DNA from: Centroscyllium fabricii
Lineage: Eukaryota
Direction: 5' to 3'
NCBI GenBank assembly: GCA_051313645.2
Contig: JBNRSN020000025.1
Coordinates: 31,310,001-31,374,000 of the forward strand
Length of the DNA: 64,000 nt
The translations under genes and the position numbers were made by a program. The notes under the pieces are model-generated. The model had not been told where the DNA came from. It ran no database searches and saw nothing but the letters and a program-made list of their open reading frames with translations. Shown here one piece after another: positions 12,180-23,084 of the stretch. Positions within the stretch are counted from its first letter, which is position 1; each line of letters opens with the position of its first letter.

Positions 12180-13063
12180 GGGGTCAATTTTCCTGAAGGT
12201 GTGGGAAATGGGTGGCTTCCCCGCTGATCACTCTATCTTCCCGCTTTCTGGAGGGTGTGGAAGCCCCATGTAATTTTGGCTTAATTGGCCAATTAAGTCC
12301 CCGAGTGTGGGAAGCCCCTGGCAATTGATTCATTTTACACAGAAAGCGGGCGGATTTTCCACTGTGTAAGCAGCAGAGGCGGTGATTGGCATATGTAAGT
12401 GGCCTGCAGTTTCTCTTTGTAGTTTCAGGGCATTATGACATCATAATGGAATATAAACAGAGTGTACCCGCAACTCGGTGAGTGACAGCTGTAACTAGTC
12501 TGGTCTGTTTGTTTGTGGTTTCAGTCGTTTCAAAGTGAACAATCTGATGTAAACAGAAACTAACACCCAATGGATGATTGACAGATCTGAGTGCTTTGAT
12601 TCACAGCAGATCCTGCTGCGCAGCGCGTCTTATGTGAGCCATTAGAATGGAGCTGGCAGGTAAGTGATTTAAAGGTATTTGGCACCCTAGGGAGGCATAT
12701 AGACCTCCAGCATGTTGGAGGCCAGCAAGCCATTCAGCAGCAGGTGCTTCCATGCCTTGAGGACGGAAGTCACCAAGCCGATTGTGCATCCGCCAGCTTT
12801 CAACGGCGGTGTTCCAACCAGGTGGGTTTTGGGTGGGAGGAGGCTCAAAATGGCATTACCGATGCCAATTAAGGGCCCCTAATGAGCCTAACGACCATCC
12901 CCGCCAATGCCGGGCGGGACTGAGACGGGCCGATCGGACCCACCGGATGAAACTGACATGCGGGTGGGAAGCCAGCGGAAAGGGTCGCGGACCCCCCGTT
13001 TTAGCTATTTTCCCTACAGGCCCGCCCAAAAACCCGCCTGGCGGCTCCACGAAGATTGACCCC
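12180..13063. mobile_element. PIF/Harbinger-like MITE
   Basis: TIR GGGGTCAATTTTC / GAAGATTGACCCC with a 3-bp TSD AAT on both sides. Confidence 0.8.
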
Positions 13064-13639
13064 AATGACTTTTTTTCCAAGTTTTATTTTGTGTTTTGGC
13101 CTTCACCACACACCCTAAACAAATGATCAGTAAAGTGCTGCTCCACCATCTTGGTGGAGAGATTTATTAAATTGTAAGTATGGTATGAGGAGAACAAATG
13201 TATTTATTTATTTATCTTGCAAAAGAAGATAAGAAAAATACTATTTTATTTCTCAGAAAGCAATCAAAACAACACTCCCTGGTTTCTGGACTGATCTCTT
13301 AGAACATTCTTTCCAAATCTGTGGAACTGTGCTTTCTTATTCCAGCATACCCCGCCCATTGCAACAGAGCAATCTCTGATTCACCAACAGTACTGTTTTC
13401 CTTTGGGTCTTATAGCAGTTAAGACCTCCACACTCTGTCAATATTTGCAGGGAAACCTCATGAATACATCAATACGTGAAGGGAACCCTTGCCCCCCACC
13501 CACCCCCGCCCCCACAGGAAAGCTTGCTAATTGCTAAATGCAGAATTGCTGGTTAATCTTGCTAATTACTAAATGCTGAACTGTTACCTCGTAAGCCGAG
13601 AAAGTGGGGTCACAGTTCAATCACTGCTCATGTAAGATT

Positions 13640-13880
13640 AAATGCAAGAGATTGAGGACTCAGATTGGAGAAAAACCTTTTTTTGAGCTGTGAAGCTGAG
13701 GAATGTTAGTGATTGAAGCAGAGACCATCTCAACATTGAAGAATAGGTTCGACAGGTGGTTGAAGAAAAGGGATATGGGAACAGGACGGGCACATGGGAT
13801 TAGAACTACTGCTCGTGTGGAGGATAAACACCAACACGGTTGGGGAGAATAGCCTGTTTCTGCGTTGTAATTTCTGTGTA
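13640..13880 (+). mobile_element. old CR1 3' fragment
   Basis: Degenerate CR1 3' end and tail, tail-to-tail with the next CR1. Confidence 0.6.
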
Positions 13881-14259
13881 ATAGAATCATAGAAATTTAT
13901 TGCACAGATGGAGGCCCTTCGGCCCATCATATCCGCACCAGCCAAAAAAGAGCTATCCAGCCTAATCCCACGTTCCAGCTCTTGGTCCGTAGCCCTGTAG
14001 GTTACGGCACTTCAAGTGCATATCCAAGTACTTTTTAAATGCGATGAGGGTCTCTGCCTCTACTAATCTTTCAGGCAGTGAGTTCCACACCCCCACCACC
14101 CTCTGGGTGAAAAAAGTTCTCCTCAACTCCCCTCTAATCCTTCTACCAATTACTTTAAATCTATGCCCCTGGTTATTGACCGCTCTGCTATGGGAAACAG
14201 GTCCTTCCTATCCACTCTATCTAGGCCCCTCATAATTTTATACTCCTCAATTAATACAC

Positions 14260-15660
14260 TTACACACCTCTGCGGCGAGTGTCTCACCTCCTGACTCCCC
14301 AAACCTTTCCACCATCTACAAGGCACAAGTAAGGAGTGTGATGGAATACTCTCCACTTGCCTGGATGAATGCAGCTCCAACAACACTCAAGAAGCTCGAC
14401 ACCATCCAGGACAAAGCAGCCCGCTTGATTGGCACCCCATCCACCACCTTAAAAAATTCCCTCCCTCCCCCACCGGCGTACCATGGCTGCAGTGTGTACC
14501 AACTACAAGATGCACTGCAGCAACTTGCCAAGGCTTCTTCGGCAGCACCTTCCAAACCCGCAACCTCTTCCACCTAGAAGGACAAGGGCAGCAGGCGCAT
14601 GGGAACACCAATTCAATTCAATTTTATTGTCATTGCAGTGTACTAGTACAATACAACGAAATGTAGACTCTCCGCTCCCGAGAGTAATGCAAATAAGTTA
14701 CATAACATAAAGTTGCATACAATAAAGTGCATTTCAAGTGTGCAGGTAATGGAGTTTTTTGTTAGAGTTCAGGAGGCTGACAGCCCTGGGGAAGAAGCTG
14801 TTCTTGAATCTGGTCGTGCGGGTGCGAGTTGATCTGTAGCATCTCCCGGAGGGCAGGGGGCCGAACAGACTATGGCTGGGGTGTGTGGGGTCTTTAATAA
14901 TGTTCTGAGACCTCCGTAGGCAGTGTTTCAGGAAGGTGCTTTCAATTGATGGTAGCTGGGTGCCGGTGATTCGTTGGGCAGTTTTGACTACCCGCTGCAG
15001 GGCCTTCCGGTCCGAGATGGTGCAGTTTCCATACCAGAGTGTGATGCAGTTTGTCAGTATGCTTTCAATTGTGCAGCGGTAGAAGTTGGTGAGGATGCCG
15101 GATGTCAGCTTGGCCTTTTTCAGCTTCCTTAGGAAGTACAGGCGCTGTTGGGCCTTCTTTATCAGAGAGGAGGTGTTTAGTGACCAGGAGAGGTCTTCCG
15201 AGATGTGGACCCCGAGGAACTTGAAGCTGGACACCCTTTCCACCTCAGCCCCTTGGATGAAGATGGGGGTGTGTCTTCCGCCTGTAGTCTTCCGGAAGTC
15301 CACTATGATCTCCTTGGTTTTCTTGGTGTTTAGTGCCAGGTTGTTGTCAGCACACCATCCCACAAGGCGCTGAATCTCATCCCTGTAGGCTGACTCATCG
15401 TTGTTGGTGATCTGGCCACCACTTCCAAGTTCCCCTCCAAGTCACACACCATTCTGACTTAGAAGTATATCGCCGATCCTTCATCATCGCTGGGTCAAAA
15501 TCCTGGAACTCCCTCCCTAACAGCACTGTGGGGGCACCTTCACCACACGGACTGCAGCGTTCAAGAAGGCAGCTCACCACCATCTTCTCAAGGGCAACCA
15601 GGGATGGGCAATAAATGCTGGCCTTGCCAGCGACGCCCTGATCCCATAAACAAATTAAAA
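14260..15660 (+). mobile_element. CR1/L2-clade LINE 3' fragment split by Rex1/Babar (14260-14610 and 15416-15660)
   Basis: MEYSPLAWMNAAPTTLKKLD ORF and GGGCAATAAATGCTGGCC tail, same family as 23085-25575. Confidence 0.85.
14611..15415 (-). mobile_element. Rex1/Babar LINE, 5'-truncated RT
   Basis: ORF 14734-15363 (WCADNNLALNTKKTKEIIVDFRK…SFFPRAV), AATAAA and a (TTGAA)n tail. Confidence 0.9.
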
Positions 15661-15905
15661 ATAAATTAAGTCTCCCCTCAGCCTCCTCTGTTCTAAAGGA
15701 AGCAACCCCAGCCTATCCATTCTTTCCTCATAGCTAAACCTCTACAGCCCTGGCAACATTCGTGTACATCTCCTCTGTATCGTCTCGAGTGCAATCACAT
15801 CTTTCCTGTAATGTGGTAACCAGAACTGTATGCATTACACTAGCTGTGGCCTAACTAGTGTTTTTTACAGCTCAAGCATAACCTCCCTGCTCTTATATTC
15901 AAATA

Positions 15906-16409
15906 CATGTTGAACACCGGTAATGCGGCACCCTCGGGACCAACCCGGTGCCGGACCACTGAAAATTCTTAACCACTGAAGGTTGAAGAAGGGATCGAAA
16001 ACTTACTGATTAGCAGAGCTACCTTGAGTGAGGGAATGGCAGAGATAATTGATGGGGCTGAATTTGTGGCCAGAGGCTTCCACAAATAAATTGCCCGCCT
16101 ACCTGGTGGTCCGGGAGGTACGTAGATTCACGGTCCTGGGACTCTCCGGTGCTAGCGGGTAGAGGCCCGCGTATCGCGGGGTGCTGGCGGATAGAGGCCC
16201 GCGTATCACGGGGTGCTGGCAGATAGAGGCCCGTGTATCGCGGGGTGCTGGCGGTTCATGAGCGTCCCTGGGATCACATGGGCCGGCCAGCGGGAAACGG
16301 TGGTGCCGCCGAGCGGCTGCTCGACAAACTGCAGACAGCCGGTTTCGATTCGTGCCAGACCACTGAAGGTGCCGAACCATCGGGTGCCGGATTACCGGTG
16401 CTCAACCTG
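15906..16409. mobile_element. pogo/Tigger-like MITE with about 31-bp internal tandem repeats
   Basis: TA flanks on both sides, shared TIRs, and three copies of TAGAGGCCCGCGTATCGCGGGGTGCTGGCGG at about 16160-16253. Confidence 0.85.
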
Positions 16410-16419
16410 TATAGCATTT

Positions 16420-16680
16420 CCAGATTCATGCCCCAGGCTGAGTCAGAGCTGAGGTATTAGGAAGGAGAAAAATCGACCAGTGTTCTTGAACGTGTTCCGG
16501 TGACCCCTGCATGTGGATACCAGGGTGAGGGCAGGATCGGGCTCAATTGTGATGTCCTCCTTATTGACACTGGCTGTCTAGGATCACACAATGAAGAATG
16601 GCCACGAAGGGAAGGTACCAGTGGGCAGAGAGTGCCCGTGAAACCTTTCTGCAAGAGTCAGCACCTTCTGGAGAGGAGGG
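16420..16680 (+). mobile_element. old SINE-like repeat fragment
   Basis: Same family as 2790-3020 and 4420-4760. Confidence 0.4.
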
Positions 16681-17289
16681 GAAAAAACAAGCTGCCTTTC
16701 TGCCCATAGAACACTGCGATTGTTCAGAACAAAGCAGTGCAGCATGACAATGAAAAACAAACAAGATTACTTTGTTCTACAGAGCTCATTCTCAGCATAT
16801 TACAAATTGAACAATGTTCTCTCTGTATCTTCCTCCAGTTCCGTCTTATGTTACACGCTAGAAACGTTCTGTTTGAAGGAAGCTGATGGAATTTCATGAC
16901 TTGGGCTGGTCTTCGGAGAATGAGGGGCCCTGGGATCAGAGGCAGTGCCCCGAGGGAAGGACTGAACGCCAAGGTTGAGTCAACCCAGGCAACATCTGCG
17001 CTCCTTCAGAGCCCAGCTGCAGACTGGGAGAGGCCCTCCAGCAAATGCAGCAACATGAAATGCGGGAGCAAACAGAGAAAAAAAAGGACTGAAGTCACCC
17101 ATTCGACACACTTGACCTCCTCCCTACATCCTCACCATGTTAAAATCAAGACTGATCTAGCTTATCCTTTCCCAGGACCGCTAAACAATGGAACTCCTGC
17201 CCTCCCTCAACCTTCCTTCTGTCCAACAATCATAAAACATTTCCTGAAACCCAATCTTGTCATTGCCTAATCATTATTCTTTGATTTAC

Positions 17290-17660
17290 AAAGTATCACA
17301 TAGTATTTACAGCACAGAAACAGGCCATTCAACCCAACAGATCCATGCCGGTGTTTACATTCCACGTAAGTCTCCTCCCACCCTTCTTTTTCTAACCCTA
17401 TCAACATATCTTTTCTCACTCATGTGTTTATCTGGCTTCCCCTTAAATGAATCTATGCTATTCGCCTCAACTACTGCCTGTGGTAGGGAGTTCCACATTC
17501 TAACCACTCGCTGGGTAAAGATGTTTCTCCTGAATTCCCTGCTTGATTTATTCGTGACTATCTTATGTTTGTGGTCCCTTGTTCTGGTTTCGCCTGCAAG
17601 TGAAAACATCTTCTCCACATTTACCCTATCAAACCCTTCATAACCTTAAAGACCTCCATC
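17290..17660 (-). mobile_element. CR1 3' fragment
   Basis: ORF 17355-17618 (IFTQRVVRMWNSLP). Confidence 0.85.
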
Positions 17661-17969
17661 AATACCTCATCTTGTAACCAACTCGCTTCAACACTGTGGG
17701 TCTTGGGTTTTTACTTAATTTCTCAATAAAATATATATTTTTTCAATATTGATGAATTTCTCACACACTCTAAATGGTTCTCAGGTTTACAATCAGTGGA
17801 GGCTCATCTTCCTTCTAACTAAGGCTCTTACTCCCAATGGTTCAGTTGTTAAGTGTGCCGTGCGGTGTGGTATTGAGCTGGACAGATCAGGACGATCCTG
17901 GGTTCAATCGCTAAGTTATCTGAGTTCAATAAGGGGATCAGTTGTGTCACTACTGCTGGCCTCAGATGA

Positions 17970-18240
17970 CCAAAAGCTTCGTCAAAAGGGTAGGTTTTAA
18001 GGAGCATCTTAAAGGAGGAGGAGAGAGGCGGAGAGGTTCAGGGAGGGAATTCCAGAGATTGGGGCCGAGGCAGCTGAAGGCAGTGGTGGAGCGATGGAAA
18101 TTGGGGGTGGACAAGAAGCCAGAACTGGAGGAGTGCAGAGATCTCGGAGGGTTGTAGGGCTGGAGGAGGTTACAGAGATAGGGAGGGATGAGGCCATGGA
18201 GGGATTTGAACACAAGGATGAGAGTTCTGAAAACGAGGCA
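17970..18240 (-). mobile_element. L2 LINE 3' fragment
   Basis: LVFKSLHGLIPPYL…AFSCLGPNLWNSLP, typical of the L2 RT C-terminus. Confidence 0.8.
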
Positions 18241-18848
18241 GTCAAACAATCTGCCAGCACTTGCTTGCCTAAGCTCAGGTGGGCAAGGTGCCCCAGAGAA
18301 AGTGGCACCGGTACAACCGTACCCCAGCAAGAGTAAGTGGCATCAGGAGAGATGGGGAAGGAACTGGTAAGAAGGGAATGAAATATGACAGAACAATATG
18401 TAACACCAACTCAAACTGGGCACATCATAAAGAGACATAAGGGGCAGATTCCAGAAGTACTGTAAATATTGATGCTTTGCTGAAAATTAGCCAAGGATTC
18501 ATAAATAACTTAAAGACCTGGTGTGTCAGCTACATTCACCTGCTGTCAATTCGAATAATTCACCAGCTACCTGTAGGAGAGAGATGGCAGGGAACAGAGT
18601 GCCCATCCTGGGGCTGACATTTTGATCTCAGTGGGGTGCCAGACAGTGAGAATCCTGCAACACCGTCATCAGCTTATAAAATATTGATTCAGATTTGTTT
18701 TCTTTCTTCCATATTTAGAGATGCTTGGGCACGGGGGGTACAGAGAGATCAGAGCCCCCCCACTTAATTTTGTTCTGCATAAGGCGGCTTTGATTTTTCT
18801 CTGTAGCTTTTCCCAAACTTTGATACTGTGTGAAAAAACAAGTTAGTA

Positions 18849-19202
18849 CAGGTCCGGCACCGTCGGGACCAGGCCGGTGCCGGACTAGTGAAAAATCCGA
18901 ACAACTGAAGGTTCGGCGAGCACATGCGCAGACCATTCAAAATGGCTGCCGTGCATGCGCAGTCATTCAAAATGGCCACCACGCATGCACAGCCATTCAA
19001 AATGGCCACCGCGCATGCGCAGCCATTCAAAATGGCCGCCGCGCACACCATTCAAAATGGCCACTGCGCATGCGCAGACCAGTCGGGAATAGGCCCGCGC
19101 ATCGCGAGCGTCCTTGGGATCACGTGGGCCGGCCAGACGGATTCGTGCCAGACCACTGAGGTTGCCGGACCATCGGGTCCCGGATTAACGGTGCACAACC
19201 TG
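18849..19202. mobile_element. pogo/Tigger-like MITE with a 30-bp YY1/NRF1-motif tandem array
   Basis: TA flanks and shared ends. About five units of GCGCATGCGCAGCCATTCAAAATGGCCACC at 18920-19078. Confidence 0.85.
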
Positions 19203-19204
19203 TA

Positions 19205-19960
19205 TTTAATCTGCTTCCACCACCCTTTCAGGCAGGGCATTCCAGATCAGAACAATTCATTGCATAATTTTTTTCCCCTCATGTCACCTCTGGTTCTTTT
19301 GCCAATCACCTTAAATCCTTGTCCGCTGGTTACCAACCCTTCTGCCACTGGAAACAGTCTCTACTTATTTACTCTGTCAAAATTCTTCATGATTTCGAAC
19401 ACCTCTATCAAATCTCCCATTAACCTTCTCTGCTCGAAGGAGAACAACCCTAGTTTCTCTGGTCTCCTCGTAACTGAAGTCTTTCAGCCCTGATATCATT
19501 CAAGTAAATCGCTTCTGCACCCTCGCTAAGGCCCTGACCTCCTTCCTGAGTGTGGTGCCCAGAAGTGAACACCATAGCTGGGGCCTGACCCTTGTTTTCT
19601 AAAGGTTTAGCATAACCTCTTCACTTTTATTCGTTATGCCCCTAATTATAAAGCCAAGGATCCCACGTGCCTTTTTAACAGTCTTCTCAACTTGTCCTGC
19701 CACCTTCAGAGATTTGTGTACACACACCCCCAGGTCTTTCTATACCTGCACCACCTTTAAAATTGTACCATTTAGAAATGAATCACTTCACAGCATATTA
19801 AATTTCATCTGCCACGTGTCTCCCCATTTCACCAGTCTGTCTATGTCCTCCTGAAGTCTCACTATCCCTCCTCATTGTTTACCACATTTCTGAGTTTCGT
19901 GCCATTTGCAAACTATGAAATTCTGTCCTGTATACCCAAATCCAGGTCATGAATATACAT
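19205..19960 (-). mobile_element. CR1 RT fragment
   Basis: Reverse complement resembles 35990-36470 (RILGFIN…, DLIEV…). Confidence 0.8.
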
Positions 19961-20164
19961 CGAAGATTCCTGGTCTGGGCTGCGTAGGATGATGGTATTG
20001 GTGCTACAACAGGCATCAGTAGCCCTGCATCAACGCTTCTCCGCCTGATCACTGTCCATCAACTCCTGTGCTGGCTTTTATACTCTTTCCCCACTCCCCC
20101 CATTGCGCACAACATGTCCTACTGACATACACTCACATATGAAGCCATGAGAAAAAATTCCCAT

Positions 20165-20695
20165 TTATACAGCATTTTTCACAACCTCAGGACATCCCAA
20201 AGCACTTCACAGTCAATTAAGTACTTCTGAATTGTAATCACTGTTGTAGTGCAGGGAAATGTTACAAAGGTCTCACAAAAAACTCCAGTATCTGCACACC
20301 TGAAAATGTACTTTATTGTATGATATTGTATGTAACTTATTTGCACTACTCTTGGGAGCGGCGAGTCTTCGTTTCGTTGTATTTTACTCGTACTCTGCAA
20401 TGACAATAAAACTTGAATTGAATTGAATTGAATTGAATTGACAAATAGAAATTGGTGGTGTTGGTTTGGAGAGGAATATTGACCAGGAATCATCTTCGAA
20501 TAGTGCCAGGGGTTCTCTTGTATCCACCTGAGAGGGCAGACGGGACCTCAGTTTAACGTTTTATCCAAAAGACGGCACCTCCAACAGTGCAGCACTCCCT
20601 CAGCACTGTCTGGAGCAGCCTACATTTTGTGCTCAAGTCTCTGGAATGGGGCTGGCTCGGAGGCAAGATTTCTGCCAACTGAGACACGGCTGACA
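20165..20695 (-). mobile_element. DeuSINE (SacSINE1-like) interrupted by a Rex1/Babar tail
   Basis: Reverse complement of the SINE at 62664-63100 (gagggagtgctgcactg…, L2-like tail). Confidence 0.7.
20277..20441 (+). mobile_element. Rex1/Babar 3' UTR fragment
   Basis: Matches 38150-38305, with AATAAA and (TTGAA)n. Confidence 0.8.
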
Positions 20696-20751
20696 TGAGG
20701 GAGAAATGAGGGAGAAATATCTAAGAGATGTCATAGAATGGGTCAGTGGTT

Positions 20752-22452
20752 ACTAGAAATAGTGGGTGCATTGTTGGTCATCTTCCAAAATTCTATAGAC
20801 TCTGGAACAGTTCCCATGGACTGAAGGGTAGCTAATGTAACCCCACTATTTAAAAAAGGTGGTAGAGAAAAAATGGGGAATTATAGACCGGTAAGCCTGA
20901 CACCGGTAGTGGGGAAAATGCTAGAGTCCATTATAAAAGAGGTAATAGCAGAGCACTTGGAAAACAGTGACCGGATCGGACAAAGTCAACATGGATTTAA
21001 AAAAGGTAAATCATGCTCGACGAACCTACTGGAATTTTTTGAGGATGTAACTGGTAGAATAGATAAGGGAGAACCAGTGGATGTGGTATATTTGGACTTT
21101 CAGAAGGCTTTCAATAAGGTCCCGCATAAGAGATTAGCGTGCAAAGTTAAAGCACATGGGATTGGGGTAAGGTACTGTCTTGGATAGAGAACTGGTTGGC
21201 AGACAGGAGGCAAAGAGTTGGAATAAACAGGTCTTTTTCCAAGTGGCAGGCAGTGACTAGTGGGGTACCGCAGGGATCGGTGCTAGGCCCCCAGCTATTC
21301 ACAATATATATATAAATGATCTAGACAAGGGAACTAGATGTAATATCTCCAAGTTTGCAGATGACAAAAAGCTGGGTGGGCGTGTGTGCTGTGAGGAGGA
21401 TGTAGAGAAACTCCAGTATGATTTGGGCAGGTTGGGTGATTATACTGCATTTGCCATGCATCTGCCCAATGTGGATAAATGCGAGGATATCCACTTTGGT
21501 GTCAAAAACAGGAAGACAGATTATTATCTGAATGGCAATAGATTGGGAGAAGGGGAAGTGCAACGAGACCTGGGTGTCCTTGTGCACCAGTCGCTGAAGG
21601 TAAGCATGCAGATGCAGCAGGCGGTTAAGAAGGCAAATGGTATATTGGCCTTCATAGCGAGAGGGTTTGAGTACAGGAACAAGGATGTCTTGCTGCAGTT
21701 GTACAGGGCCTTTGTGAGACCACACCTCGAGTATTGTGTGCAGTTTTGGTCACCTTATCTGAGGAAGGATGTTCTTGCCATGAAGGGGGTGCAGCAAAGA
21801 TTCACCAGGCTGATACCTGGAATGGCAAGAATGATGTATGAGGAGAGATTGGGTCGATTGGGCTTATACTCGCTGGAGTTTAGAAGAATGAGAGGGGATC
21901 TTATTGAAACTTATAAAATTCTAAAAGAACTAGACAGACTAGATGCAGGAAGGATGTTCCCGATGGTCGGGGAGTCCAGAACCAGGGGTCACAGTCTAAG
22001 GATAAGGGGTAAGCCATTTAAGACAGAGATGAGGAGGAATTTCTTCACCCAGAGAGTGGTGAACCTGTGGCATTCTCTACCACAGAAGGCAGTCGAGGCC
22101 AATTCATTAAATATATTCAAGAAGGAGTTAGATATATTTCTTAAGGCTAAAGGGATCAAGGGATATGGGGAGAAAGCAGGAACAGGGTACTGAATTTGGA
22201 TGATCAGCCATGATCCCATTGAATGGTGGAGCAGGCTCGAAGGGCCGAATGGCCTACTCCTTCTCCTAGCTTCTATGTTTCTATAAGATGGAGTTGGATA
22301 TATTTCTTGAGGCTAAAGGGATCAAGGGATATGGGGAGAAGGCAGGAACAGGGTACTGAATTTGGATGATCAGCCATGATCTCATTGAATGGCGGAGCAG
22401 GCTCGAGGGGCCGAATGGCCGACCCCTGCTCCTATCTTCTATGTTTCTATGC
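20752..22452 (+). mobile_element. CR1 LINE, 5'-truncated RT with a duplicated 3' tail
   Basis: NYRPVSLT, VYLDFQKAF and PQGSVLGP-coding DNA, ORF 21384-22193. A second tail copy lies at about 22288-22452. Confidence 0.93.
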
Positions 22453-23084
22453 TACAGGAGAGGACAGGAGGAAAAAGGAAAGATACGCCAGCATGTGCAC
22501 ACAGAGGTGTAACGTATAGCTGCAGGCACACGCTCCACGCCTCAGTGTGGGTTGTAAATATACTTAATATGATGCCAGGCTCTGACTGTGCTGAAGTGAA
22601 ATGTTGCCGTCATCTGTTCTATTTTTGAGAGCAGTTCTGTTGAGGCTTTGATTGAGTTGTCTCTGTTCTAGGTGTATTTCATTCGCAGAACGTCATACAG
22701 CTAAGAACTTTTATTGATTTCACACACTGACAAAAAATATATAAATAGAAATGCAAAAACTGAACTAAGGGTTAGAGCTGCGCTGGAGCTTTTTCAACAA
22801 ACCCATAACTCAGCACAACACGGATTAAACAGATCCATCTCATTACCTGACAAGGACAACTGGAGCCAAATAGAGCCTAAAGCATGGCCCCAATAATCAA
22901 TATAGTGGGACAAAGCCACATCTCCTGGGTGTGTGCTATTGAAAGGATTCATTATTTTCACATCAGCTACCCTCCAATTCAGGTGCAATGTTTCATTCTG
23001 TCGCTAACCTCTCCACCTTCTGGAATCTTTCCCTATTTTCAAAGGCTTCCTCGAAGCTTACCCCGTCAATCACAACTTACATTT

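Larger units (their letters stand above)
13885..15900 (-). mobile_element. CR1 3' fragment (13885-14254 and 15664-15900) interrupted by nested LINEs
   Basis: YKIMRGLDRVD ORF. The sequence resumes at 15664 with AATTAA duplicated at both junctions. Confidence 0.8.

Noticed and set aside
16829-17060. Exon candidates on either strand
   Set aside because: All plus-strand frames stop soon after the acceptor. The minus-strand …VSSV* frame lacks a good acceptor and is not recognisable.
18830-19493. ORFs with repeated HAQPFKMA peptides as a repeat protein
   Set aside because: They are translations of the 30-bp array inside a TA-flanked MITE, running into antisense CR1.
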